Counted from the first letter of the stretch, positions 26,251-39,531 are shown. The stretch: 64,000 bases of DNA from Eledone cirrhosa (GCA_964016885.1 OZ024742.1:193254001-193318000), one strand, 5' to 3'. Translations and numbers: made by a program. Notes: generated by a model not told the origin, from the letters alone.

Positions 26251-27118
26251 ATATTAGAAAAATCGAGTATCGAAAAATCGGCGCACGAGTTCACGATAAA
26301 CAATATTCGAAATGAGCGGCAGAGGGCTCAATAATTCAGATGAATCAGAGCTATAACTATCGTTAAAATACCGTCACATATAGAACAAGTCTACAATCAA
26401 CCATACGATAAAAAATCGATAATAGAAGATTCGGGACAAACAGATAAAAAATATCAATAAAACAATACATCAATAATTTAAATGAATGTAAAATCATACC
26501 CGGACCCACTAGAAAGGTGTTAAATCTAGCTTCTTGGGTTTCTGTAAATCCTTAGACTGTACTCTATCAGCTCACATATAAATATAAAAGCCTACTAGAG
26601 CAAGGGGAACGGAGTTTACTTCATCAACGAGCTTTTTTCCTAGCGGATAAGGGGCTAACCACCAGTGAAAAACGCACATGGCATTAGACAAGGGAGATAA
26701 CCTCTACATCCGCGAAAACTATTCGAGGAAATGTGGAAATACACATATCGAATAAGAGTGCTCAATAGACATGTTAAAATAAAACAAAAGCTATTCATCA
26801 CTCAATAGAATCGACAAAAAATGAGCAATAACATTAACTGGTGGATAGCTATGTCCAGAGCTAAAAATATTAGAAAGATCGAGTATCGAAAAATCGGCGC
26901 ACGAGTTCACGATAAACAATATTCGAAATGAGCGGCAGAGGGCTCAATAATTCAGATGAATCAGAGCTATAACTATCGTTAAAATACCGTCACATATAGA
27001 ACAAGTCTACAATCAACCATACGATAAAAAATCGATAATAGAAGATTCGGGACAAACAGATAAAAAATATCGATAAGACAATACATCAATAATTTAAATG
27101 AATGTAAAATCATACCCG
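26251..27118 (-). mobile_element. Non-coding hammerhead element with 616-nt period (retrozyme-like)
   Basis: Near-identical direct repeats 26251-26502 and 26867-27118, TA-flanked. Diverged relative at ~32460-32745. Confidence 0.75.
26498..26632 (-). ncRNA. Hammerhead-like motif with long stems II and III
   Basis: GCTCG-TTGATGA-AGTAAA...TTTACA-GAAA-CCCA...TGGGT-C-CGGGT; C3U without G8 compensation, possibly decayed. Confidence 0.6.
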
Positions 27119-27139
27119 ATATATATATATATATTTCTA

Positions 27140-27370
27140 AATGACAGGAGGCAGGAGTGGTGAAATGCCTTAAAAGTGAGGTAATTTCACCAGCCCGGCT
27201 TCCTGTCATTTTACTCAATAATAATAAATTCCGTCCTCGCACTACCACCAGGATTCAACATCAATGATGGATGAGTTGCATAACATCCAGTGCTTTTCAT
27301 AATAATACATCATGGTTAACTATACGGAATGACCAGTTCTATCCAATGGTGAGGCACGGAACTTGAATGA
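27140..27370. mobile_element. Fold-back element in (TA)n (relative at 43530-43762)
   Basis: ACAGGAGGC...GC(C/T)TCCTGT hairpin plus a shared tail containing ATACGGAATGACCA..TCTATCCA.TGGTGA. Confidence 0.65.
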
Positions 27371-27437
27371 ATATATATATATATATATTATTCAAAATAT
27401 TAATAAATGGATACATTCACATAATCAAAATATATGA

Positions 27438-27499
27438 TTTATTATATATATATTTCGGAGCTGCTGTGTTGTTTTTTCAGTACGTCCTCATCAGGTAAA
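27438..27499 (-). ncRNA. Type I hammerhead ribozyme (TA-palindrome stem III)
   Basis: TTTAC-CTGATGA-GGA...TCC-GAAA-TATATATATA-ATAAA; first stem I pair mismatched. Confidence 0.65.
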
Positions 27500-27614
27500 A
27501 TACATAAATTGATGGTTCAATTCCAGTCTGAGTGATTTTAATCTATTGTAAAACTATATTTATTGAATAATCAATGAACCTTGTTTAACATTTGGTTATA
27601 TATATATATATATA

Positions 27615-27955
27615 CAGGGTGTTCGGGATAAATTTGACAGAATAATATTTGATTGTTTTTTCAGATGTTTTAAATTCATTCATGCCCACTCGGCTTTATT
27701 TGAAAGTTTAAACCCTCCTTCATGCATATATGTGATGACAACGAGAATGGATGACTGGGAGCCACCTGAATCATGGAAGAGAATAACTTGTATCATGATG
27801 ATTCGCGCCGGCCATCAAAATAAGGAGATTATGGTCGCTGCTCAATGCTCCCGAACACTGTATAAACAATCCGGCATGAACTGGAGAATTGCAATGGAGA
27901 CTACAAGGCTGTGGCTAGAAGAAAGAAACATAACAGAAGATCTGATTGCTCTCGC
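27615..27955 (+). mobile_element. Tc1/mariner-superfamily transposon 5' end
   Basis: Same 26-bp terminus as 25530 after TA; HTH-like start RITCIMMIRAGHQNKEIMVAAQCSRT. Confidence 0.8.
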
Positions 27956-29628
27956 ACTGTTCTTGTGTGTGTTTGCGTTTTGTAGTATGTGTCATGATTT
28001 CGGGAGCGTGGGTTTTTTGTTTGTGATGTTTGTGATGTTTGTGCTGGTGGTTGTGGGTTTGTTGCATTTTTGTTAACGTGGTGCCTTCTTTTCTTTCTTT
28101 TTACAGGCTGAAAAGGTTCTCCCTCGTCGTCGTTGGGTGACGTTGATAAGGGGTACTCGTCCGTGTTGTAGGGGAGGGGTATATTTTGGGGTTTTGTTTT
28201 GGTTGCTTTTGTATTTGTTTTAGGTGGGGAGGGGTTGGTTTGGACAGTGTCTTGTGTTGTTGTTTTTTCGTGTCGTTGTTGTTGTTGTGGTGGTGGTTGT
28301 GTTGTGGTGTGTGGGGTGGGCAGAAGCGTCATTTTGGTTTTTTTGGGGGTGGGGGTGGGGTAAAAGGGGACAGAAAGCACTCAGGTGACCACTTCTTGAA
28401 TAGTGGTAACATTAAGGCCGCTTCTCCTCAATAGAAATGTTTATGAAGGCGACTCCATCCAGAGACACACGCTGCGGTATTTTTGCTATCCGTTATGGTC
28501 TCATTTGGACCAGAACTTCAAGGCTATTGCCGCCGAATACGCCCACGGTGGATTCGCCTATCGAAAGGATTCTGTCCGCATCTTCTAGGAATCCCGTTAG
28601 CACCCACCAAATGCTCGCATTTGGCCTGATGCCCGAGATTCTTATCTTTTGAGTTCTTTTCCCTAAATGTGTTGGGAAAAAGGTGTATGATTTGGATACA
28701 ATTGGCGACACAGAATATTTCCGTGCCGCCAATTCATCTTACATTGAAACCGATATGCTTCCATACAATTTCCCTTTCTGTATGAAAGCGATATACTTGC
28801 AGGCACTACTTAGGACCAGCTCAATTTCGCTTTGGGACAATTGAGCCGGTTTCCTAGTCGTGTTCGAAACTCTCCTAAAGATTACAGTTCTGAGGACTGT
28901 GTCCCTTCTAATTTCTTTGGAGGAGGTAATTGTGAATTCCGCAGCTTCCCCGAAATTTACACAATTTCTTCTTCTTTCAGCAATTTCTTGTCATTCGAGA
29001 TGTCCAGTGCCTTGTATGTCTGCGTTTCTCGGACCACCTGTGCGAAGGAGACTGCAGCTGTGGATCCGTTTTCTTTCGTGTCGTTATCATTGTTGTTGTT
29101 GTTATTCCTGTTGGCTTGCTTTTTTCCTTTGTTGGTGTTGTCACTATTACTGTTGTTGGTTGTGTTGTTATTGTCATTGTTGCTGTTGTTGGTTGTGTTG
29201 TTATTGTCATTGTTGCTGTTGTTGGTTGTGTTGTTATTGTCATTGTTGTTCTTGTGTGTGTAATTGTTACATTTGGGTTTTTCACACATTTCCACAATCG
29301 TTTCTTTTGATTCCGTGGTGTCTTTTGCGGGACTACGGAGGGAAGGCTTACAGCGTTGTGCTGCTACCTTCTCTCTATCACTTTCCTTGGGGGGCGTGGC
29401 ATGCGTGGTATTAATGGCGTCCATTGTCACTAAGCGACTTTTTATCGACAATTTATAACTATTAAATTTCGCCCCCAAAAAGGGCGAAATTTATTTTACC
29501 CAACGTCTGCAGGACCATGCGAGGGGTTAAACACATCAAATAACAAATTACTTAAACAGACCTACAGCTTCTCGTAATAAATTCCGACATAATGCAGGAG
29601 CGAAACAAAAACACGTCTATCTTCTTCG
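27956..29628 (-). mobile_element. LINE 5' region/ORF1 (gag-like with zinc knuckle), degenerate
   Basis: Minus ORFs 28957-29478, 28493-28732 and 27901-28380. Contains SFAQVV, a degenerate knuckle RP*CYHYSRSGHLSAFCP (~28368-28425) and FQPVKRKKRR. 33-bp tandem repeat at 29141-29255. Confidence 0.7.
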
Positions 29629-29930
29629 ATATAGATAGATAGATACATAGTAAAAATGAATACAATCCAGTAGAAAATGCTGGAGAGATACCAGCGGTCA
29701 GTGCTCTCTGTTGAAAGCTAGCCGCTGGTATCTGCCCTCCGAATCATTGTTGCCTATCGCTGTCTTTAACAGCATTTATAGGTTTTAACGGCAGATCTAG
29801 AGATGGGTTTTCTCATTTCTATATGTATAGTTCATACTTTCTCCTATTACCCACTCTACTACCCTAAGTATTGAGTATTCTGGTGCGTTATGGTCCACCT
29901 GGTTCCTTACCACAACTCCTTCGTTATATA

Positions 29931-29988
<58 letters not shown>

Positions 29989-29989
29989 A

Positions 29990-30031
<42 letters not shown>

Positions 30032-30048
30032 ATATATATGTATATATG

Positions 30049-30082
<34 letters not shown>

Positions 30083-30115
30083 CACACTGTCAATAATATA
30101 TTTTGATAATTACAG

Positions 30116-30192
30116 AACTGGTGCGCCCATTTTTCACCCATTGCCATGCAAAATCAGATTCGTTACGATCCTCATGCACCGGATATAGCAAG
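30116..30192 (+). CDS. Exon of M13 metallopeptidase
   Basis: TACAG acceptor and GT donor; NWCAHFSPIAMQNQIRYDPHAPDIA(R) matches WC...I..D.HSP..R. Phase is compatible with both flanking exons. Confidence 0.9.
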
Positions 30193-31089
30193 GTACAGTT
30201 CTATTAACCAAACAAAATAATTACGTTTGTATTTACTATATTAACTTCATATCTATTAATACCAAACCCCAGGAAAGTCCTCAGTAATATTTGTTTTGCA
30301 GGTAATGATTAACGTACATAATATCGAATTGTTTTCCTTATAATCACTTAACCATGACAGTGAGAGTTAAAAATAAGATTATATCCTGTAACCAGTATAT
30401 TTATTCTGCTGAACCATCTATGCTGCAAATTCTGTTTAACAGACTTGAAACCAAGCCATATAAAACAGCCCCTGGTTCCACGATACAAAACTATTTTTTT
30501 TAAAGTGTTTGCATTTATCTAAAATCTTTACGAACTTTAACTTGATAACGGGATAGTTATTTATATTACTACATACACCAACATTCTTGATTGTTTCCAA
30601 AATTATACGTAAATCATTGGCAAAGCATTTCTATAGAAATATTCTAAAGAAAAGGTTAATGAAATTTTGGCTAAGATATAGAAACTGATTTACGTCACTG
30701 TTTAGACAGATGCCTTGATGGATTAAGTTTAATGGTATCATCTTATGCATTAGCGCATATTTCCAATTCTGTATAATGACTACAGAATAATGGAACCTGA
30801 GGTGACAGAGGTATATATAAATAAATGGACTGTTTTTCTATTAGGAATTCAAATAACTGACGAAGTTTCTATATTTATTCACGAAATGTCAGCATTTGCT
30901 TGGGAGGTTGTTTATTTCGTAGGTTTAAAATGTCCCCTCGTTGATATTTATAAGTTATTTTACTGCTTAGAAAACAAGACTCCAGCTTCATGAAAAAATA
31001 AAAGTAAAATAAATACATCTGTAGCAATTACATATTTCATCGAACTCTTTCTCTCTGTTTAATTGTAAACATTCTCTCTGTGTTTCCAG

Positions 31090-31189
31090 GGTACTTTTAA
31101 CATTAAGAAATTCACAAGAATTTGCAACTGCCTACAACTGCCATTCTGGTTCTTACATGAATCCCAAAACGAAATACGGTGTTTGGTAA
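31090..31189 (+). CDS. Terminal exon of M13 metallopeptidase
   Basis: TTTCCAG acceptor; (R)VLLTLRNSQEFATAYNCHSGSYMNPKTKYGVW* matches RV...L.N..EF..AF.C..GS.MNP..KC.VW. Confidence 0.92.
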
Positions 31190-31207
31190 AAGTTTTGCTC
31201 TATAGAG

Positions 31208-31213
31208 AATAAA
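31208..31213 (+). promoter_or_regulatory. Candidate polyadenylation signal
   Basis: AATAAA 18 nt after the stop codon; several more lie downstream in an AT-rich context. Confidence 0.35.
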
Positions 31214-32756
31214 TAATCCGAATAAGATAAAGTAATATAAGATAAAAGAGTATAAAATAAATAAACATATTAATCAAATAAATAAATGAAAAAGAAATAA
31301 ATAAAATTACTTGTGTCATATAGCCATATATTTTCGTAGAATTTCCTTTTCAAGACAAATCCATTAATGCACCAAGATATTTAATATCTAAATATTATTT
31401 ATTTTTTCCCAATATGTCGTGGTGGACATTTTGTTTTTCATTTCTATTTGTCGTTTCTAATAACTAGCGAAAGAGATCTTATAAATATTGTGCCATATAC
31501 AATGGAAGATAATCTTCAGCCTTTCGTTTGCTATAGCTCTCTTGAATAATTGATGAAATATTTACTAATATCGATGTATTTGTCAATAATGGAAATGGAA
31601 ATATATTCCATAAGCCAAGGATTTATATACTTTGTATAAAATAAGTTTCATGCTTCTCTGTCGAAACTGATCAATAGGTAGATTTGCTAAATTGGTAGGT
31701 ACAATGTATTGCGTTATATTATCTGGAATACTACGTTCTCAGTTCCAGTACCACCGGGGTCAACTTTATTTTAAATATTTCCTGCGTTTATAAAGAAAGT
31801 AAGAGGCCCAATACTTGTGAAGACGCCTCTTCTTCTAACTCTCAGATTTTAGATGTTCTATCAAGGAATGGAATGTAGATTACGAGTGAAAGAACTGTAC
31901 TACTACAAATTCATACTCGATAGTGAGTGACAGGCGTTGTCGTTTAATTCTGAACTTCATCAGCGTGAGGTTGAACATCAAACAGGGTGACATCACATTA
32001 TTGGTTTACAACAAACCAATTAGGTTGTTGGACTCTCTCGTTGTGTCATCAATTTGTATTGTTGTTCATTTTTTGTTGTGACCTGAATACATCAACCTGT
32101 CCTCCGGACAGGTTATATATATGCAATGGCATGTGAAGTATAGCATTGATCTGCTTATACGCAAACAAAGCTAGATGCTGTTAACGTGACAGAAAATAGT
32201 GATGTTTAAATACGTGGGTATATGTATACATACGGATATTCATTTATACATATATACATACGGATATTCATATTAAAACTAAGGAAAAAGAAGGGAATCT
32301 CGCTTATAAACGGAAGCTGAGGGACAGTTTCCATTACACGATCATTGCATTTCATTATCAGAAATATTGCTGTGAAGAGAAGTACAGATATTTATACATA
32401 TATATATATATATATACATCTATCTATCTGGAACGGTAACAGCTCATATATATATACAAATATAAATTAGCGAGAATCGCATTTCGGCTATTGGAAATTA
32501 GCGAAAAACAATTTCCGAGATGTGTGGCAAGCGCTCCATAGAAACTAGTGAACTAGAGCAACAACATACGTTAAAAGGCCAAACACACTGAGACGATGGT
32601 TAAATCATTATCCGCAAACCCATAGAAACGACCAAGCTATTCAGGTCAAACAAATAATAAAATATGATTGAAAATTATACCCGGACCCCTGGAAGTGGCA
32701 AAATCCAATATGGGGTTTCTGCAACTGCTAAATCAGGTACTGTCTGCTTAAACAAA

Positions 32757-32945
32757 TAATTGTTTCTACTTTTGGCACAAGGCCATAAATTAACCAGTGC
32801 ATTACTGGTACTTTTATTTTATCGACCCCGTAAGGATGAAAGGTAAAGTTAACCTCGGCGGGATTTGAACTCAGATCATAAAGGGAGGTAACTCTATGCT
32901 ACAAAGCATGGTGTCCGACCCTCTACCAATACTGCCAATCCACCG
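32757..32945 (-). mobile_element. tRNA-derived SINE with ~19-bp target-site duplication
   Basis: GTCTGCTTAAACAAATAAT at 32742-32760 and 32945-32963. Confidence 0.92.
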
Positions 32946-33536
32946 TCTGCTTAAACAAATAATGTTAAGCTTTTGGTATGATGATCGAACAAAGAAGTCA
33001 CTTTTTCAACAGGCATTTAGTTATATGCAAAGCTAAGGACTGACCGTTATCTGAACCCACGTGAGGGTTAGAAGGGAGACAACACCTAGTCTTGGCGGAT
33101 GAACAAAAAAAAAAAAAATATATATATAGAGAGAGAGATAGATAGATAGATATACACATGTGTGTGTGTCTTTGTATATGTTGGTATCGGCATTTATGTT
33201 TTCTATGGACTGTATGTTGATTGAGAGGGGTAACGGTGGAACGCGTTGATTGGAGAGGATAAAAGCGGGGTAGATTGTTGTGTAGATTACGATAGATTGA
33301 AGGTGAAGTAGTTGGAGAGAGAAACAATGAAGAGGAAGAAGAACGAGAAGGACAAGAAGAGACAAGAGGATAATTGTTTCTACTTTTGGCACAATGCCAG
33401 CAAGGGGAAGGGAGGAAGGGAGAGTAGAGGATGTTTGTTTTGCACTTTTCTAAGAAACCGTTTAGGATTGTCGTTATGCATCAGTGGCTATGGCTTTTCT
33501 GTTCAATGTTGTCGTCCAAAGTTAATATATATATCT

Positions 33537-33781
33537 GTGTGTGGTGTGTGTGTCAGTGTGCGTGCGTGTGTGTGTCAGTGTGCGTGTGTGTGTGTGTGTG
33601 CCAGTGTGCGTGTGTGTGTGTGTGTGTCAGTGTGCGTGTGTGTCAGTATGCGTGTGTGTGTCAGTGTGCGTGTGTGTGTGTGTGTCAGTGTGCCTGTGTG
33701 TGTGTGTGTGTCAGTGTGCGTGTGTGTGTGTGTGTCAGTGTGCGTGTGTGTGTGTGTGTCAGTGTGCGTGTGTGTGTGTGA
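33537..33781. repeat. (TG)n minisatellite punctuated by TCAGTGTGCG
   Basis: Directly visible. Confidence 0.95.
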
Positions 33782-33789
33782 GAAATAAA

Positions 33790-34530
33790 AACAATTGTTC
33801 ATTCTCTCACTCATACAGAAAAAAATCGCCAGACATCCTTTAACAATCTTGGTCTAAATATTTACAATAACGCGCAACATTACTAGATCACACTTATCGG
33901 ATGTCACCTTAGATTAACCCCTTCTCTTTAATACATATACCACAAACCAAACCAGTCCTTAAAATATATCACCTTATGCTCTAACTACTCGACTTATAGA
34001 ACCTTGTTAGTATTATATCTTTTAGGATCTCCGGGTCACTTAGCCATAGTGGACAACATTATTGATGATGGGACAGCGCAAAAATAGAGAAAGGGATGAT
34101 TACAATGTGGATATATCTCGAGCGTAAAGTTCTGGCAATCCAGGAACACAAGTTGTGTGCCATTTAAATTTTCTTCTTTATGTGAGAAGCACAGGTTAGG
34201 TTTTTATTACCAATTTATCTCTGGTGTTGTTGGATGACATAAAGGTTTCAATTGAGCGAAGAAATATAACTTCGAGTGCATCCTCTTTTCCAATGTGGAT
34301 TAGTTCAAATATATCCTCGTTCAATAGCATTTTTTATTCAGTCTATTGGACAGTAGATCCGATCGAAGGTATGACGGGTCTCGCACTCCTGACCTTCAGG
34401 AGTTTGAAATCATCGGCGAAGATTCTTATGTCGCTGCATGATGGCGTTGATAATGTCATTCATATAACAAATAAAAAGAAGAGTGTACAAGACAGTACCT
34501 TGCGGAACGCCACTACTGACTTTGTTTGGT
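33790..34530 (-). mobile_element. CR1/Jockey-group LINE RT fragment
   Basis: Minus-strand VSSGVPQGTVLYTLLF..YMND...IRIFADD..L, with stops. Confidence 0.8.
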
Positions 34531-35277
34531 ATACACACATATATATATATAGCAATAGTATCATTATGGAGGTAATAAATAGGTAACATTATGGTGAGTT
34601 ACGTTGTTATTACATATTTTTTCTTGTGGGTTACACATATGTTACACATATTTTTCTTGTGGGTTTGTTTTCTCAAGAATTACACTCCAGACTAAGTCAA
34701 TGGATAAACAACGTTAGGGTGGCACGTGTCAGAACTCATGAGACCAAGTAAGATTAAATCGAAACCAATGTCAAATGTTATGTTTATTAAAACAAAATAT
34801 TGTGTTTTCTTACTGGAATTTTCCCAGATGTAATTGGTAAAGCAAAATAAATACACCAGATTTTCGAAAAATAGAACATGTAAAAATATAAAAAGAATAA
34901 AATATAAACAAAACAAAATAGAGATGTGACGAAAACAAAAGCCCCTCTTTATTTATGTATATAACTTGGATAAAGTTAACTGTTTCCGAGCAGAATCAGT
35001 TGTGGCCCACGCCATGCAGAGCTACGGCTTCCTAAAAGCGTGTTTCTTTAGAAATACGAAATTTCTATACATATTCATATAAAGCTATGCTTGAAGCAAA
35101 ATCTTATTTCTTTTATATATGTATATATGTGTATGTATATATAAATATATATATATATATATATTAGGCGTATAATACTATATGAGTAAAGGAACAAGGA
35201 TTCAGTGTTGCATCATGACATATTTAATAACATATCACATATGTTTCACTATCGATCAGCATGGTATAGTATATATT

Positions 35278-35357
<80 letters not shown>

Positions 35358-35364
<7 letters not shown>

Positions 35365-35716
35365 GTGAGGTTTTTTTATAAAATGAAAAGTAACCGAGGT
35401 GTCCTACACGAGTGAAAGTATAAAGAAAACAAGATGAAATCGAAAATGCAATTGGAGTCTTATTTTTTAAAAAATATATATATTTATTTGGTTCCATTAC
35501 CGGTTTCGCTGTTCTTCTGCTTTTCAAAAGTAGAGTTGAGATGGAGGGTCTGTGGTTTTCCTCACAGATGTGAGAACAATCAGAGACTCTCCATCTCAAC
35601 TCTACTTTTGAAAAGCAGAAGAACTGCAAAACCGGTAACGGAACCAAATAAATATATATATATTTTTTTAAATAACTCTCCAGTTACATTTTCAATTTCA
35701 TCTCGTTTTCTTTATA
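35358..35716. mobile_element. Family E fold-back element (UUGAAAA hammerhead)
   Basis: Inverted arms centred ~35570, TA-flanked; family also at 59660-59880 and 59932-60300. Confidence 0.85.
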
Positions 35717-35731
35717 TATATGTATATATAA

Positions 35732-35822
<91 letters not shown>

Positions 35823-35825
<3 letters not shown>

Positions 35826-36637
35826 TTCAAACCCAAACTTGACACTAAGTGATCCCCTGGAGTCTAATGCACTTTTCCTTCCTATTCTGTAACGCGTTCA
35901 TGCACTCCTGGAAGGATTCTTCCGCGATCCCCCGCAGTTCCGTTGTGACGGCCTTTTTGATATCGTCCACGTCTTCAAAACGGGTCCTCTCCGGGTCGTA
36001 CTTGAAGATCCATGACTCATCAGCGGTGATGATGACTGTCCATAGCAAATCTGGTTCTGTTTCAAGGCACTCGAGGATTTCCTGGCACAATTGCATGCCT
36101 CGACCCTTCTGGTTATCGTTCAGCACTTTTGGGACCGTCTTCGCGCAGACTTTCCGCATGCTCAAATCTTCAGTGAGAATCTTCCAGACGCTTCCCGATT
36201 CATGCCCAGCTCATTTGCCATCAGTCGAACAGTCAGCCGACGATCGCTACGCGCCATCTGCCTGACGCGCTCAACGTTGACCTCAGTCCTGGTTGTTGAG
36301 GGCCTTCCGCTCCTGAGGTCATCTTGCACCACTCGAAAACAAGTGACATCTCCATACACTTGCTGTAACAATCCCAGTGCTTCTGACGGAGTTTTCCCCA
36401 ACCGTACCAGGAACTTCAAGTATGTTTGTTGCTCTGTGCTCAATGCTTGACGACCTGAAACAGAGGATATGTATATCAAATTATGAACAAAAAAGTTTGA
36501 TCGCCGCAGAGAGCTAATATTACAGTTACATACTCCAGGGGGTTTACTTTGAAGGAGAAAGCTCTTAGTGTGAAGTTTGGGTTTGAAATACATATTTTGT
36601 GTCATTAGTCCTGGAACTTTTCTAACACACCACGTAT
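35823..36637 (-). mobile_element. Internally deleted mariner transposon
   Basis: EQQTYLKFLVRLGKT...RSGRPST...DRRLTVR...MRKVCAKTVPKVL...ITADESWIFKYDPE; subterminal inverted repeats 35823-35849 / 36565-36591. Confidence 0.9.
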
Positions 36638-36667
36638 ATATATATATGCATATATATATATATACAT

Positions 36668-36734
<67 letters not shown>

Positions 36735-36735
<1 letters not shown>

Positions 36736-37086
36736 GATATTAAACAAATGGAAACTATATTTATAAAACCATATTTATTTCGTTATATATATTTCAGGGA
36801 TATCATATTAAAAATATGGTATGCCTTCCTCAGACAAAATACAATACATAAGCTGTTTTATAAATAATTTTTGACATACCTTTTAAATAATGCAACTTCC
36901 ATTTAAAAAGTTTTTAAATGGAAGTTGCATTATTTAAAAGGTATGTCAACAATTATTTATAAAACAGCTTATGTATTTTATTTTGTCTGAGGAAGGCATA
37001 CCATATTTTTAATATGATATCCCTGAAATATATATAACGAAATAAATATGGTTTTATAAATATAGTTTCCATTTGTTTAATATCGT
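36735..37086. mobile_element. Fold-back element with two mirrored hammerheads
   Basis: ~175-bp near-perfect inverted arms centred ~36910; tail shared with 1600-1645. Confidence 0.9.
36980..37043 (+). ncRNA. Type I hammerhead ribozyme (mirror at 36777-36840, minus)
   Basis: ATTTTGT-CTGAGGA-AGGCATACCATATT.TTT.AATATGATATCCCT-GAAA-TATATATA-ACGAAAT. Confidence 0.8.
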
Positions 37087-37208
37087 AAACCTACTCCAGA
37101 AACTGTTGAGTGCTTTTATATCAGTTATAAAATATTTACTCGTTGTAACCCAACAATCTTAAATAAAACTTTTGCATATATATATATATATATATATATG
37201 TATCTGAA

Positions 37209-37311
<103 letters not shown>

Positions 37312-37750
37312 AAAAGAGAAAAAACAGGTAAGCATTAAGAGAAGGAATATGTATATATATATATGTATAATGAAAGAATGAAGAGTAACATGGTTGGCTG
37401 TACAAGGGGCTTTATATCAGGTATTGTCAACTGTTTCATTGATCAGGTAAGTCTAGAGGTCGCTAATCGCTCGAAGTTGCGTCACTCGATCTCCATTACA
37501 TTATTTACCTCTGACCAACTCCTCGGAATACAAAAACAATTCACCCAGGCAAGATATATAGAGAAATAGCGTATAATCAAAACATACTACCATAATTATA
37601 GTGATAGTCTATTATTTATAGTGTAAACTCAAATAGTCTAAAGTTCAGACTATTTGAGTTCACCCCCCCCCCATCTCTCTATATATATATACATATTAGT
37701 AAGTAAGTATTGCCAAAACACAATGTATCCAATAACAACCGTATATTATA

Positions 37751-37790
<40 letters not shown>

Positions 37791-39177
37791 ACGATATAAG
37801 AGAATTAAAAAGTAAATAAATGAACTTACATAAAGATGGTAAAAACTAGATTCCTAAATCTATTCAGCTGTTTCAGGATCTAAGAGACATAGTGACATTA
37901 TTAGATAATATGAACCATAAAAACACCGGACCGACCATTATCTCTGACTAAAAGCACTAGAAACGACCAACCACCATGGATTAAACATCGAGGGTAATCT
38001 CGCGTCTCAAAGAAAACGGCAATAATAATAATTGTTCACTCTGAATACTATTTGAGAGAATCAAGTAATGTAATCATGGAAACTGCAAATAATTGGTAGA
38101 GGTGCGTGTGTAGCATAGAACCAGGTATGTCTCGGACATGTTCTCAACTATTATTGTTAAGCCTTCATTACGTTTATTTATTGGTGACGCGCGTTTCGCT
38201 ACTGATCAGCTGAAGCTTCGATCTGTATCGACCTGGCCCGACTCTGGAATCAAAAAACTCGTCAGACCTCTGCTGTCGTAATCACAGAATGAATATATAA
38301 GGCATGAAAATGTCTCACGTTTCGCGATCATATGTTAATCAATTTATGTTGTTTTGATTCGTTGTTTAGTTATGAGGAATGTTTTGGCATGTATGATAGA
38401 TGGGGTTGAGCGCTGTGAGGAAGTATTGGTGAGCAGTTTGTGTGAGTAGCGCGGTGTGGTGTGTTGGCTTGCCGCACGTTGTGAGGCAAAGGTGCTGTGA
38501 GTGGTGTGTTTGTGGCAGGGCTGTGCTTAATAGGACATGAAAGAATGTGGTGTTGAACTTCGGGTAGGGGTTTAAGCTGGTCATAAGTTTGACGCAGGAT
38601 AGTGATTGGACATAACTAGGGTAGGTGATACAGTTAAGACATCGTTAAAGGGGATATGCGCTATAAAGAATGAATGAGGTGATGACAATTGTATGAGGTT
38701 AGTGTATGAAAATATATATAAATGTGGAAATATGGTATGAGACTAGTGTTTGTAAAGACCATAGAATAGACTCTGAAGAATGTTTTTTAATAAAAAACAT
38801 TGTTTGGAGGTGTTGCTAAAATACTGCGGGCAGGGGTAAGATACCAATTCAGTGCATATTGTGTGAAAGAATATAAAAAAGGGAAATAAGTAAATAAACA
38901 TGTGTACACACGCACCCAGGGGCATATGTACACGCATGCAAATTCACACATGCATCAATGTAAATATATATATATATATTTATATGTAATAATCTCCCAT
39001 TAAGTTGAAATACAAATTTGGCTGTATTGTGCTGTGCTTTCTAGCAAAAATGCCGCCAGTCGTAAGCAACTACCACACCCCTTCCAACCTGACCGCGGCT
39101 ACGTCACGATTTTTAGCCATGTTGAATGAATTATTGGCGCGATCAGTTCGGAAAATTTAGTGTCTAGATAAGAGCAA

Positions 39178-39265
39178 ACTTCCTGATGAATCCGGTGCTC
39201 GAGTTTATATAATCATTACATAATTATTGGAAAACTCAAAATACGGATGAAACTATGGTAGAGGT
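39178..39265 (+). ncRNA. Type I hammerhead ribozyme with long stem II
   Basis: ACTTC-CTGATGA-ATCCG...CGGAT-GAAA-CTATGGT-A-GAGGT; GUA triplet. Confidence 0.8.
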
Positions 39266-39531
39266 ATTTAAATGTATTCTATTTTCTCCTAGTTTATTTT
39301 ACACCTAATTCTGTTTAGTTGACTGTATCTGGGCGATTACGCTGTCGAAATATTCGATAAATATTCCGTTGCGGCCGACGCGAAGGGCTAGTTTCGGTTA
39401 TTTGTCGGAGATTTCTTCATAGAAGCCTCATTCTTGTAGCCTGGTCTATTCGATTTTTTATATAGTTAATTATGCTAATTGGGAGAGGAAATGGTATATA
39501 TTTTATCTTGTGATTCTATAGACATGTTTTA

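Noticed and set aside
28860-29414. Cys-rich plus-strand ORF (metallothionein- or toxin-like)
   Set aside because: It is the antisense reading of the Asn/Thr-rich 33-bp repeat in the LINE ORF1.
38180-38235. Minus-strand GAAA-CGCGCGT-C followed by AATAAA
   Set aside because: It looks like a hammerhead 3' half, but the CUGAnGA box cannot be identified.
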